Shown: one piece after another, positions 8,761 through 17,112 of the stretch
Position numbering within the stretch: position 1 is the stretch's first letter
Layout of the letters: each line of letters starts with the position of its first letter
Virus record (IMG/VR): IMGVR_UViG_3300044912_000492
Span: 11,524-75,523 of that record
Strand: one strand, 5' to 3'
Length of the DNA stretch: 64,000 bases
DNA from: a virus
Program-made: the position numbers and the translations under genes
The notes under the pieces: generated by a model
Database searches by the model: none
Told to the model about the DNA's origin: nothing
The model's input: only the letters and a program-made list of their open reading frames with translations

Positions 8761-9421
8761 CTGCTATCTTTGCGCCGCCCCTAACGCGACAAAACCTTTA
8801 GCCCTTAAGAACACCTTTACAAGTCATAATGCCGCTAGATGTCCTGATTCTAAGTATCTATGCGATCGCTGTGCATGGTGTATTCCGTTAAGGGCTTTTT
8901 ATTGGAATGAAACCAAGGGTAAGTACAGCGCGATCTATTCCCGCAACTGGTCATGGTTACTTTCTGCTAATGATGCTTACGGCTCTTATCCTAAATTTGG
9001 TAATCAACATACTGAAGGGAAAGACACGCTAGAGATAGTTGATCGCCTTCCTACTCGCTCTCAAATTAGGGCATGGTTGCTTGATCCACCAAAGCCGCCC
9101 TTCACTATTTGCATTGCCGAATCAGGGCAAAAGCATATATTACCGTGGGCACTAGAAGCCAATAATCGCGATTATTTTCCAGTGCAATTTGAGCTTGATA
9201 CTTTGCACATTTATCGATCTGCTTTTACCCATTTGCTCACACGATATGAAGAGCTTATGGCTATGGGATTTAGCAAAACTGAAATCAATAGCGGTAACTA
9301 TCGAAGCGACAAATTAGCTAAGTGCATCAGTGAATATGCATCATGTGAGGCTGTGATTGCTGCTAAACGTGGTAATCGGTTGCTGGATTTGGTAAGCTAT
9401 GTCGCAAAAGTATCAGAGTAA
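8747..9421 (+). CDS. Cys-rich protein, Csf1-like (type IV large-subunit analogue) candidate
   Basis: N-terminal 'CYLC...(22 aa)...CPDSKYLCDRCAWC' zinc-finger pattern; ~224 aa; lies in the locus with Cas7/Cas5/CysH-like genes. Confidence 0.45.
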   Translation: MKSNNCYLCAAPNATKPLALKNTFTSHNAARCPDSKYLCDRCAWCIPLRAFYWNETKGKYSAIYSRNWSWLLSANDAYGSYPKFGNQHTEGKDTLEIVDRLPTRSQIRAWLLDPPKPPFTICIAESGQKHILPWALEANNRDYFPVQFELDTLHIYRSAFTHLLTRYEELMAMGFSKTEINSGNYRSDKLAKCISEYASCEAVIAAKRGNRLLDLVSYVAKVSE

Positions 9422-9440
9422 GATATGGCAGACAGTAAAC

Positions 9441-10154
9441 ATGAAAAACTGTATATTTTGCAAGAAAGAATTTGATGAAGCTAAAACAAAACGGCTTTGC
9501 TGTACTAGATCATGTGCAGCAAAGTTTTCCACAGAAAAGAAAGGCGGATCAGCATGGAAACAAGAAGAGATCGAATATCTTGAAGATAATCTTGGTGTTT
9601 TACCTTTTCCTGTATTGGTTAAATCCTTTAAGAAATGGTCTAAAAAACAAGGCTACTCAGAACGGACAGATACTGCGATAGAAGTTCAAATCCATCGCAT
9701 GACATCTAACTCGCCCTTAAGCCGCAAATGCACTGAAGACAATTTTACTGTGTACGAACTGTCGAGAGGGTTAGGCTTATCAATGGATCGGGTTCGCTTA
9801 TTTGTCCGCAATGGGAAATTGCAACCCCGCAAAATTGCCAGAAATCAGAATGCAGTTAAACGTAAAGACGCGATCGCCTTGGTACTAAACAATCCATCGT
9901 ATTTTGCTAACTGCGATCGCGATAATCTGTTTTGGCTATTGGAAGATAACAAACTGGTTGAGAAAGTGAAAAGTGTGGAACCATCAACTAGAGGTTTTCG
10001 CCGTGCTGTACGTTGTTATGCTCCTGATGGAATTAGAGAATATTCAGGCGTAAAAGAAGCAGCTAGGGCTAATTTTGTTACGCATAACTGTATATCCCAA
10101 GCGATCGCTAGGGGTGGCAAAAGCGCTGGTATAAAATGGGAATGGGTGGAGTGA
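9441..10154 (+). CDS. DNA-binding protein (Zn-ribbon N-terminus, HTH, NUMOD-like C-terminus)
   Basis: 'CIFCKKEF...CCTRSC'; 'YELSRGLGLSMDRVRLFVRNGKL' (MerR/excisionase-like HTH); C-terminal 'EYSGVKEAARANFVTHNCISQAIARGGKSAGIKWEW' resembles the NUMOD1 motif of homing-endonuclease DNA-binding modules. Confidence 0.5.
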   Translation: MKNCIFCKKEFDEAKTKRLCCTRSCAAKFSTEKKGGSAWKQEEIEYLEDNLGVLPFPVLVKSFKKWSKKQGYSERTDTAIEVQIHRMTSNSPLSRKCTEDNFTVYELSRGLGLSMDRVRLFVRNGKLQPRKIARNQNAVKRKDAIALVLNNPSYFANCDRDNLFWLLEDNKLVEKVKSVEPSTRGFRRAVRCYAPDGIREYSGVKEAARANFVTHNCISQAIARGGKSAGIKWEWVE

Positions 10155-10193
10155 TTATTGCTAAACTATTAGCAAAATTACACTCACAAAATT

Positions 10194-10484
10194 ATGGCAG
10201 CTAAAAAAGATCCGCGCCTTGCTAAAGCTGGAGTTGATGGCTATAACAAACCAAAGCGCACTCCTAAGCATCCTACTAAGTCTCATGTAGTTGTCGCTAA
10301 AGAAGGTACAGAAGTGAAATTAATTCGTTTTGGTGAACAAAGTGCAGAGACAGCAGGGAAACCCAAAGAAGGTGAATCTGAAGCGATGAAAGCTAAACGA
10401 GAAGCATTTAAAGCGCGTCATGCCAAGAATATCGCTAAAGGTAAGATGAGTGCAGCTTGGTGGTCTTCGGTTACGAAATGGTGA
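10194..10484 (+). CDS. conserved small basic phage protein
   Basis: 'YNKPKRTPKHPTKSHVVVAK...FKARHAKNIAKGKMSAAWW' resembles a widespread viral family; own terminator downstream. Confidence 0.5.
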   Translation: MAAKKDPRLAKAGVDGYNKPKRTPKHPTKSHVVVAKEGTEVKLIRFGEQSAETAGKPKEGESEAMKAKREAFKARHAKNIAKGKMSAAWWSSVTKW

Positions 10485-10490
10485 TCAAAA

Positions 10491-10529
10491 AAAAGGAGTT
10501 ATTACGGATTGTAATAACTCCTTTTTTTT
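10491..10529 (+). terminator. rho-independent terminator
   Basis: 15-bp perfect stem aaaaggagttattac / gtaataactcctttt, loop ggatt, followed by a T-run. Confidence 0.8.
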
Positions 10530-10648
10530 GATTCTGGTAATGCACTGAAAGCTATATGTATTAACAGATTGAGGCGAAAAAGTGGTAAAATATTAGAAGC
10601 GAATCGCAAGGTTTGAAGGTGCGATCGCTGAATCCACATTACCTAAAC

Positions 10649-11542
10649 ATGGTAGATAACATGGCTAAAGATATTATTACATTAGATCGTAACGGAGTTC
10701 AGGTTGAGATCGAAGGGATCAAGGTTGACTTACCTATCAAAGCTATAAGGGATCTCCCTTTGGCTGGGGATGTCTATTTGATTAAATGCTGTCAGTTTTA
10801 CAAAATTGGCGCGTCTGCACAGATTAAAAAGAGGATCGCCGCTATCCAGTCTATCGTCCCGTTTGATGTTCAGATCATTGATTCTTTTCTTTCGTGTGAT
10901 GTTTTCCAAGACGAGAAAAAGATACATCGTTTATGTTCTGAGTTTAATGTCAAAAATGAGTGGTTTCTTTTGCCAGATTCTTTTGTTAAAAATAGGGCAA
11001 GATGGTTTAAACCGTCTGTATCTCCAATCCCACAAATCAAACAAGGGATCGCCAAATATATGAAAGCGGTTGACGATGAAAGCGGCGTTTTCTCAGAGCT
11101 AACAGGAAGTTTAATTTATAGACCTAAGCCCGACAAAGAACTCATGAGAAATTGTTTTTTACTAAACACTGAGATTAGTACTCAGATTATTGCGGCTCAT
11201 TTCAATGTTGATGTAGCCGAAGTCCATAACAATCGCTATCGTGGCTTGTATCGCAAAAACGCAACTCAACTCAGAGAAGAAGCAGGGCTTAAAAAGTCTG
11301 AGACTCCTCTGGATCGCCTATCTGCTTATGACTTGAATTTAAACAGCTTGGCTAACCAAATGGCTTTGATGTCTGGTGATTCTGGTAAGGTGTTAGATGC
11401 GGCGATCGGGTTGCGTCAATTGCATGAGCAAACTGTCGGCAAACCATTAGAGCCAACATGGGAAGAAAAGCATTTAAGACCTAATCAAGCTAAAGCGATC
11501 GCCTATTCCCCTGAATACCAAACTGAGCTACCAGTAAGCTAA
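10649..11542 (+). CDS. T5orf172 (MUG113/GIY-YIG-like) domain protein
   Basis: 'GDVYLIKCCQFYKIGASAQIKKRIAAIQSIVPFDV...DEKKIHRLCSEFNVKNEWFLLP' fits the T5orf172 pattern; start uncertain (10613 TTG, 10649 or 10661 ATG). Confidence 0.55.
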   Translation: MVDNMAKDIITLDRNGVQVEIEGIKVDLPIKAIRDLPLAGDVYLIKCCQFYKIGASAQIKKRIAAIQSIVPFDVQIIDSFLSCDVFQDEKKIHRLCSEFNVKNEWFLLPDSFVKNRARWFKPSVSPIPQIKQGIAKYMKAVDDESGVFSELTGSLIYRPKPDKELMRNCFLLNTEISTQIIAAHFNVDVAEVHNNRYRGLYRKNATQLREEAGLKKSETPLDRLSAYDLNLNSLANQMALMSGDSGKVLDAAIGLRQLHEQTVGKPLEPTWEEKHLRPNQAKAIAYSPEYQTELPVS

Positions 11543-11548
11543 AATCAT

Positions 11549-11582
11549 TCGCGCTCTGTGATAGCGATATCACAGAGCGCGA
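11549..11582 (+). terminator. 15-bp perfect hairpin after the T5orf172 gene (terminator-like, no strong T-run)
   Basis: tcgcgctctgtgata / tatcacagagcgcga with loop gcga. Confidence 0.4.
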
Positions 11583-11618
11583 TAATGCTAGAATCGCTGT
11601 AAATTCGTATGTTGATTT

Positions 11619-12266
11619 ATGCCAAAGAAAAAAGCTAAGCTCTCAGATTTTCGTATTCAAGAAAAAAATCTCAATAAACACAAACCCCGTGGTATGGGAC
11701 AGCTATCCAATATCATCTCAAAGGAAGGATGGCAGTCTGCAATCACTGTCGCGAACGACAATCAAGCATTTAGCGGTAGTGCAAGATTAGAGACAGCACA
11801 AGAGCTATTTGGTGATGAAGCAGAGCCTATCGTATTTGATATTGATGGTACACGCCCCGTAATCCTTAGACGGGTTGATATTCCCACTGCTGACGATCCA
11901 AGGGCTATCAGATTAGGCATTGCAGATAATCGCATTAGTGAGGTTAACTACGATTTAGATATTGATCTACTACAAGAGACAGCGCAAATAATCGACATCA
12001 GCGATCTATATTTTGACGATGAACTTGCAAAATTAGCAGAGCAAAAGCAGGAAATCATCGACTATCAAGAGCCTGATTTTCTCAAGTTTTCAGATAACAA
12101 TGACTTACCAGCATACGCAACCGATCGCAGTGGTGGCAATAAGCAACCTATACCCATAGTCGTTGGTAGTCGCACTATGCAAAGATGGAATGAATATAAG
12201 GAAAGTATTGGGATAAAAAATGATACGGCGGCGTTTGAAATGCTGCTAGAATCTCAAGAGATCTAA
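11619..12266 (+). CDS. ParB-like nuclease/N-terminal domain protein
   Basis: 'NLNKHKPRGMGQLSNIISKEGWQSAITV...FSGSARLETAQEL' and 'LGIADNRISEVNYDLDIDLL' resemble the ParBc domain seen in phage ParB-methylase fusions; no methylase domain present. Confidence 0.5.
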   Translation: MPKKKAKLSDFRIQEKNLNKHKPRGMGQLSNIISKEGWQSAITVANDNQAFSGSARLETAQELFGDEAEPIVFDIDGTRPVILRRVDIPTADDPRAIRLGIADNRISEVNYDLDIDLLQETAQIIDISDLYFDDELAKLAEQKQEIIDYQEPDFLKFSDNNDLPAYATDRSGGNKQPIPIVVGSRTMQRWNEYKESIGIKNDTAAFEMLLESQEI

Positions 12267-12276
12267 GGTGATTATT

Positions 12277-12702
12277 ATGCTGCGATCGCTAGACAACAGT
12301 AATGGTATTCAATATTACGGTGGGAATGATCCCGCAAAGATGAGTGGTAGATTCAAGAAGGGAGGATCAACGGGGGGGGGATCTAACTCGGTAGGCAAAT
12401 CAAAAACGAGTAATTTTGTTTTAGGATTAAAAAAACAGGTTTCTGATACTGCTAAATATATTGGAAGTCGTACTAATAAGCCTGAATTAATTAGAATGGC
12501 AGTTCAAAATACTAAGAATAATTTGATTGACAAAGCGACAACTGATATTAAGCGCGGAAATCAAAGATTGACTACAAAGACTAAGATTGATTCTAATATT
12601 CGCAGACAAAAACGCGCCATGACTTCAGGTGATATTTCTCGTAATGCTAGTATTCAATCCGCTAGACTTGAGACGCAAGGTCAACTCAATCTTTTGAGAT
12701 AA
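12277..12702 (+). CDS. Gly-rich basic protein, paralog 1
   Basis: N-terminus 'MLRSLDNSNGIQYYGGNDPAKMSGRFKKGGSTGGG' is near-identical to the N-terminus of the 13928 gene; ATG 12277 chosen by paralog alignment. Confidence 0.6.
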   Translation: MLRSLDNSNGIQYYGGNDPAKMSGRFKKGGSTGGGSNSVGKSKTSNFVLGLKKQVSDTAKYIGSRTNKPELIRMAVQNTKNNLIDKATTDIKRGNQRLTTKTKIDSNIRRQKRAMTSGDISRNASIQSARLETQGQLNLLR

Positions 12703-12705
12703 AAC

Positions 12706-13950
12706 ATGGACGGATTAAAGCCTCTCTACGGTGGTTTACTCAAGATACCCGCGCCATTAGAACTTAGTGGTAATTGGTGTTCAACTAATTGTCCCTATTG
12801 CTTCGCGAATCTTAACGCCCCTACTCGTACACTTGACGTTAACGGTGTTTCAAGACTATTAGCTGACTATCAAAACAGAAATACCATCGAGGGGTATTTA
12901 CTACGTGATGGCTATCCTGTAATTGTCAGCAATCATATTGATCCGTTTAGCGCCTCAAACTATCGTCAGATGATTCCTTTTATGGAAACCATGACAGAGC
13001 TTGGTATACCTTACTCTGTGCAAACCAAGGGTGGAAAAGGATGGGAAAAGGTACTTGAGTTTATGCCGATCGGTGTTTGGTATGTGTCGATATCATTCTC
13101 CGATGATGAGACACGCAAATCTATAGAGCCTAGCGCACCGCCTTTAGAGCATCGCTATGAGTTGCTAGAAGCATTGATATCAAAAGGGCATACGGTAATT
13201 GTCGGATGCAACCCATGTGAACCAGATTGGCTGTTAGACCCTATTCCGTTCTTTGACAATCTAAAAGAGATTGGCGTATTTGGTACATGGATGGAAAATC
13301 TGCACATTAATACCAAGCAAAAAAAAGTAATGTCAGATCGCGATCGCAAGTTGTTAGGCGAAGACTTAATCAGTGATTGCCTCAAGAAGAAACATAGCGA
13401 TCCTTACAGGAAAGAATTTGTCGAGATGTGTAGGGAATACTCGCGATCAATAGGGTTAGAGAATTACAGCATTGCTAATGGTAGGTATTCAAACTTTTTT
13501 GATGCTTACAAGATGTATCCGAAATTATTCCCAGTAGTTCAGCAATTTATTAATCGGTGCGCTACGTTAAATCGTGAGTTTTTCACACAACGAGAATGGG
13601 TAGAGTTTTTTACCCCGTTACTACCTACATTCGTAACATCGCAAAATTATCACTATATTGATAGCAATGTCAGAATGTGTCCTGAAAAGGCGCTAGGCTT
13701 TAAAGTACCAAAGAATCCAACGTTTGAGACAATCTTGAAATGCTCTTTGAAGTCTCATAATGTACCGTTTCATCCAGTTAACAAAGCTGCTTTCAGTTAT
13801 GCTGTAGATAGTAATGGTAATTATTTATTAGACGATGTAGATAAATTGCCTATACTATGTTATGGCGCGGATGGGTGGACTCATACTATGATTGAGTATG
13901 ATGACAATGAGATTAATGAGGTCGATTATGTTGGAATCATTAGACAATAG
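12706..13950 (+). CDS. radical SAM enzyme
   Basis: CxxxCxxC cluster 'CSTNCPYCF' near the N-terminus; 414 aa. Confidence 0.65.
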   Translation: MDGLKPLYGGLLKIPAPLELSGNWCSTNCPYCFANLNAPTRTLDVNGVSRLLADYQNRNTIEGYLLRDGYPVIVSNHIDPFSASNYRQMIPFMETMTELGIPYSVQTKGGKGWEKVLEFMPIGVWYVSISFSDDETRKSIEPSAPPLEHRYELLEALISKGHTVIVGCNPCEPDWLLDPIPFFDNLKEIGVFGTWMENLHINTKQKKVMSDRDRKLLGEDLISDCLKKKHSDPYRKEFVEMCREYSRSIGLENYSIANGRYSNFFDAYKMYPKLFPVVQQFINRCATLNREFFTQREWVEFFTPLLPTFVTSQNYHYIDSNVRMCPEKALGFKVPKNPTFETILKCSLKSHNVPFHPVNKAAFSYAVDSNGNYLLDDVDKLPILCYGADGWTHTMIEYDDNEINEVDYVGIIRQ

Positions 13951-14338
13951 CGACGGTGTTCAGTATTACGGTGGTAACGATCCATCTAAGATGAGTGGTA
14001 GATTCAAGAAGGGCGGAGGCGGTGGAGGCTCTAGTGGTAGTGCTAAACGTAGCGCTGTAGGACAGCGTAGTAGTGTTGAGTCTAAGTTTGGTGCATTAGC
14101 AGGTAATATTGCTAAAAATCAAGCTATTCTTAAAAATCCCAGTTCAACGCCAGAACAACGGGCGATCGCGACACGCAAAATTATGGCTAACACAAGGACT
14201 GCGACGGGATCTATACAAAGAAATGTTGGAAGCGAGCAAATAACCTCTCGTTTTGGATTGCAATCTAGGGCGCAACAAGCGAGATCGGCGGCGCAAGCAC
14301 CTTCTGTTTACGGTAATTCTCTTGGAATAATAAAATAA
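13928..14338 (+). CDS. Gly-rich basic protein, paralog 2
   Basis: 'MLESLDNSDGVQYYGGNDPSKMSGRFKKGGGGGGS'; GAGG 6 nt upstream of ATG 13928; overlaps the radical SAM gene 3' end. Confidence 0.6.
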   Translation: MLESLDNSDGVQYYGGNDPSKMSGRFKKGGGGGGSSGSAKRSAVGQRSSVESKFGALAGNIAKNQAILKNPSSTPEQRAIATRKIMANTRTATGSIQRNVGSEQITSRFGLQSRAQQARSAAQAPSVYGNSLGIIK

Positions 14339-14342
14339 AATA

Positions 14343-14378
14343 AGTAAGTTATATAGGGGCATCCCTATATAACTTACT
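14343..14378 (+). promoter_or_regulatory. perfect 16-bp hairpin/palindrome between paralog 2 and terminase small subunit
   Basis: agtaagttatataggg / ccctatataacttact with loop gcat; no T-run. Confidence 0.4.
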
Positions 14379-14404
14379 AGGAATAAAGTAGACTACTTGA
14401 CATT

Positions 14405-15022
14405 ATGGCAGCACCAACAAAACATGATTGGGCAAAAATTAGCAAGGAATACATAGAAGCGCCTAGTGATGATTTGCGACCTTCATTAGTTGCTTTAGCA
14501 TTAAAATATGGTGTAAGCATTAAATACATTGAACAGAAATGTTCAAAAGAAAAATGGGTGGAGCAATCCAAGATCTTTCTAAGGCGCGTCTCTCAAGAGT
14601 CAAAGCAAGAGAAAGTGTCAAGCCTAGCGGGTGAACAAACTAAGTTTGATGCTGATATTCTGACTGTTGCGAGAGCATTGCAAGGGCAAATCATAGGTCA
14701 TCTTAATGAAGCTAAGCAATCAAAAACGCTATTACCTCCAAAGGATATAAGCCTGTTATCGGGTTCGTTATCCACTATTCAACGCATTGGACGGACAGCA
14801 TTAGATTTTGATTCATGGACACCTGACAAAATCGTAAATGAGGCATTAAAACTTGGCTACCTTCTCACCGATCCTCGAACTCTTACCAGCGACACAGGCT
14901 CGGATGGAAAGAGCTTGGGAAAAGGTAGAGACTCAGATAGCACAGAAGCAAACCCGTTCGCAGACATACTCGCAACAACAGAAGATACAACTACACCCGC
15001 TACAGCAAACGATCGCGAATAG
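14405..15022 (+). CDS. terminase small subunit (putative)
   Basis: Lies immediately upstream of and overlapping the large terminase; N-terminal HTH-like 'LVALALKYGVSIKYIEQKCSKEKW'. Confidence 0.5.
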   Translation: MAAPTKHDWAKISKEYIEAPSDDLRPSLVALALKYGVSIKYIEQKCSKEKWVEQSKIFLRRVSQESKQEKVSSLAGEQTKFDADILTVARALQGQIIGHLNEAKQSKTLLPPKDISLLSGSLSTIQRIGRTALDFDSWTPDKIVNEALKLGYLLTDPRTLTSDTGSDGKSLGKGRDSDSTEANPFADILATTEDTTTPATANDRE

Positions 15023-16304
15023 CCAAGCTAAGTACACGATTGCAGTGTCAGGACGGCGCTTTGGTAAAACTGTATTGCAAATATACAAAGCCCTAGAACG
15101 TGTTGCGATTGGTGCGCCATATAATCCCGTTTCGCCGCCTGTGGTAGTGTTGGCTGCCCCTACCTTGGTTATGGCTCGTAGATTACTATGGAAGCAATTA
15201 CAGAACATTCTACGCAATCACAAAGCAGTCGAGAATGTCAGCAAATCTGAGTTTACAATCACCTTTAAGAATCCTGATCCGTATAAGTTCTATATGCCTG
15301 ATTTAATGATCATGGGTTTGAATGATGGTGATGGTGATCGCGCCCGTGGTTTGCGTCTATGGCATTTTGGCGGTGATGAGTGGCAAGACTGGAAAGCAAG
15401 TATTTTCCCAGAAATTATTCAGCCAGCATTGTCTGATACGCAAGGGAGTACAGCGCTATTCACCTATACACCCAAAGGCAAAAGCAATCATACCTATGAT
15501 GCTTACGAAAATGCACTTGTAGCCGATCCGATGGTATGGCAAGCGTTTAAATATAAGAGTGTGGATAATCCGCACCTTAAGCCAGAAGATATTGAGTTGC
15601 TTAGGCAGAGCTTGTCTCCAAGGCTATTCCGTCAAGAGATGGAAGCATCATTTGAAATGTTTGAGGGACAATTCTTTGAGACGTTAAGCGCTAGGCATAT
15701 CATCAGCGACCGCGATTTACCTAGTGAGTTTGCGTATCGTATCTTATCGGTTGATTGGGGCGCGGTTAATCCAAGAGCCTTAGTGGTTTGCGCCTTTATC
15801 AAAGATGGCTTTTATCATTGGTTTGTAGTTGATGAGTGGCGCGTACCTAGGACGATGCAAGGTCAGGCAATATTAGAAGATGACTTTATTTACGAATGCC
15901 ATAAGTTAGCGATGAAGTGGCAAGTTAACAGAGCCTTTGGTGATCCCTCTAGACCTGATGCAATCAAATCATTACGGGTGTGGAAACCCAAAGAGGGGCA
16001 AATATTCAAGGAAACATTCAAAAATTACTGCTCAGAAGTTAGGGGCGCGGTCAATGATTTTATTAAGGGCATTGACTTAATGAGCAGTGACTTCTATCAC
16101 GAACGGATCAAGATCGTAGACACATTGCCTCAATTCTTTGAAGAGTGCCAATCGTATCACCGCAAAAAAGATAAGTATGGCAACATCACAGAAGAAGAAG
16201 CAGGTAATCAAGTGACGCATGGTATCGACTGCCTACGCTATGCGATCGCGTCAATGCCGCCCGTTAATCGTCAATCAAGCTTTGGTAGTAGTAGAGCTAT
16301 GTAG
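14853..16304 (+). CDS. terminase large subunit
   Basis: 'LHPLQQ...YTIAVSGRRFGKT' Walker A; size 483 aa; start uncertain (14853 or 14904), both overlap the small subunit by more than 100 nt. Confidence 0.75.
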   Translation: MATFSPILELLPATQARMERAWEKVETQIAQKQTRSQTYSQQQKIQLHPLQQTIANSQAKYTIAVSGRRFGKTVLQIYKALERVAIGAPYNPVSPPVVVLAAPTLVMARRLLWKQLQNILRNHKAVENVSKSEFTITFKNPDPYKFYMPDLMIMGLNDGDGDRARGLRLWHFGGDEWQDWKASIFPEIIQPALSDTQGSTALFTYTPKGKSNHTYDAYENALVADPMVWQAFKYKSVDNPHLKPEDIELLRQSLSPRLFRQEMEASFEMFEGQFFETLSARHIISDRDLPSEFAYRILSVDWGAVNPRALVVCAFIKDGFYHWFVVDEWRVPRTMQGQAILEDDFIYECHKLAMKWQVNRAFGDPSRPDAIKSLRVWKPKEGQIFKETFKNYCSEVRGAVNDFIKGIDLMSSDFYHERIKIVDTLPQFFEECQSYHRKKDKYGNITEEEAGNQVTHGIDCLRYAIASMPPVNRQSSFGSSRAM

Positions 16305-16309
16305 ACAAC

Positions 16310-16339
16310 AAAAAGCGCCATATCACTACAGCGCTTTTT
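16310..16339. terminator. bidirectional terminator between convergent terminase and scaffold genes
   Basis: aaaaagcgc / gcgcttttt stem flanked by an A-run and a T-run. Confidence 0.55.
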
Positions 16340-16357
16340 GTTGATTGAGTCAGCTAA

Positions 16358-17110
16358 TTAGCTAAGTCCTAACCCTTTCTTCACTAAATCCATCGGATCG
16401 GCTGTGCGATTGAAATCACTGGTTTGACGCTTACCACTGCCATTAGGGATATTGTCGCCACTAGCGCGATTAAGTGGCTTTGCTGCTGATGGTTTCTTAG
16501 CTGCAATCTCGTTAGCCCAATCCTCAATCGTAAAGGGTACAGTCTTTTTATCCACAACCTTAAAGCGCTGGGTGCGATCCTTGACGGATTCAACCACAAT
16601 CACCTCATACTCACCATCTTCATTTTCGATCGCTTCTAGTTGCTTAGCATATGCAGGGTTATTGGTTAAATCATCAAGAAATTCAGATCTAAAAACTTGA
16701 GCAAAAGCGGCTTTAATTTCTTTTTTAATGAATTGCTGCTTAACCTTTGCATCTTTCTCTTCTAGCCTTTGCAGTGCCTCTTCTTCGCGCTTCTTGGCTG
16801 CTGCTTTTTCGGCTGCTGTTTCGGTCAAAAGTTGCTCTTTGAGCTTTGCAAAATCACCTGTCCGTTTTGCTCTCTCTTCTTCATCTAAGCGCTCTTTTTC
16901 CTTGAGTTGCTCATCCTTTTGTTTAACCAATGCTTGAGCGGCGTTCAATTCATCGCGCAATTTTTTAAGAGTGCGCTTTACCGTGTCATCTTCTTCTGGT
17001 TTTGCGGGTGCTTTTACCTCATCTGTAGCACTTCCACTGCTAACGCCATCGGTAGAGTCAGCGCCGCTTTCTTCATTCTGGTAGAAATAGTTTCTAAATT
17101 TAAATCGCAT
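16358..17110 (-). CDS. scaffolding protein (putative)
   Basis: 250 aa, highly charged K/E-rich predicted coiled coil; located downstream of the portal. Confidence 0.5.
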   Translation of the reverse strand: MRFKFRNYFYQNEESGADSTDGVSSGSATDEVKAPAKPEEDDTVKRTLKKLRDELNAAQALVKQKDEQLKEKERLDEEERAKRTGDFAKLKEQLLTETAAEKAAAKKREEEALQRLEEKDAKVKQQFIKKEIKAAFAQVFRSEFLDDLTNNPAYAKQLEAIENEDGEYEVIVVESVKDRTQRFKVVDKKTVPFTIEDWANEIAAKKPSAAKPLNRASGDNIPNGSGKRQTSDFNRTADPMDLVKKGLGLS

Positions 17111-17112
17111 AT

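Noticed and set aside
14853-15022. The long (119-170 nt) overlap of the terminase small and large subunit ORFs as a recoding signal
   Set aside because: No slippery sequence was recognised. No alternative in-frame start for the large subunit exists downstream of 15022, so I treat it as a genuine overlap or a misjudged small-subunit C-terminus.
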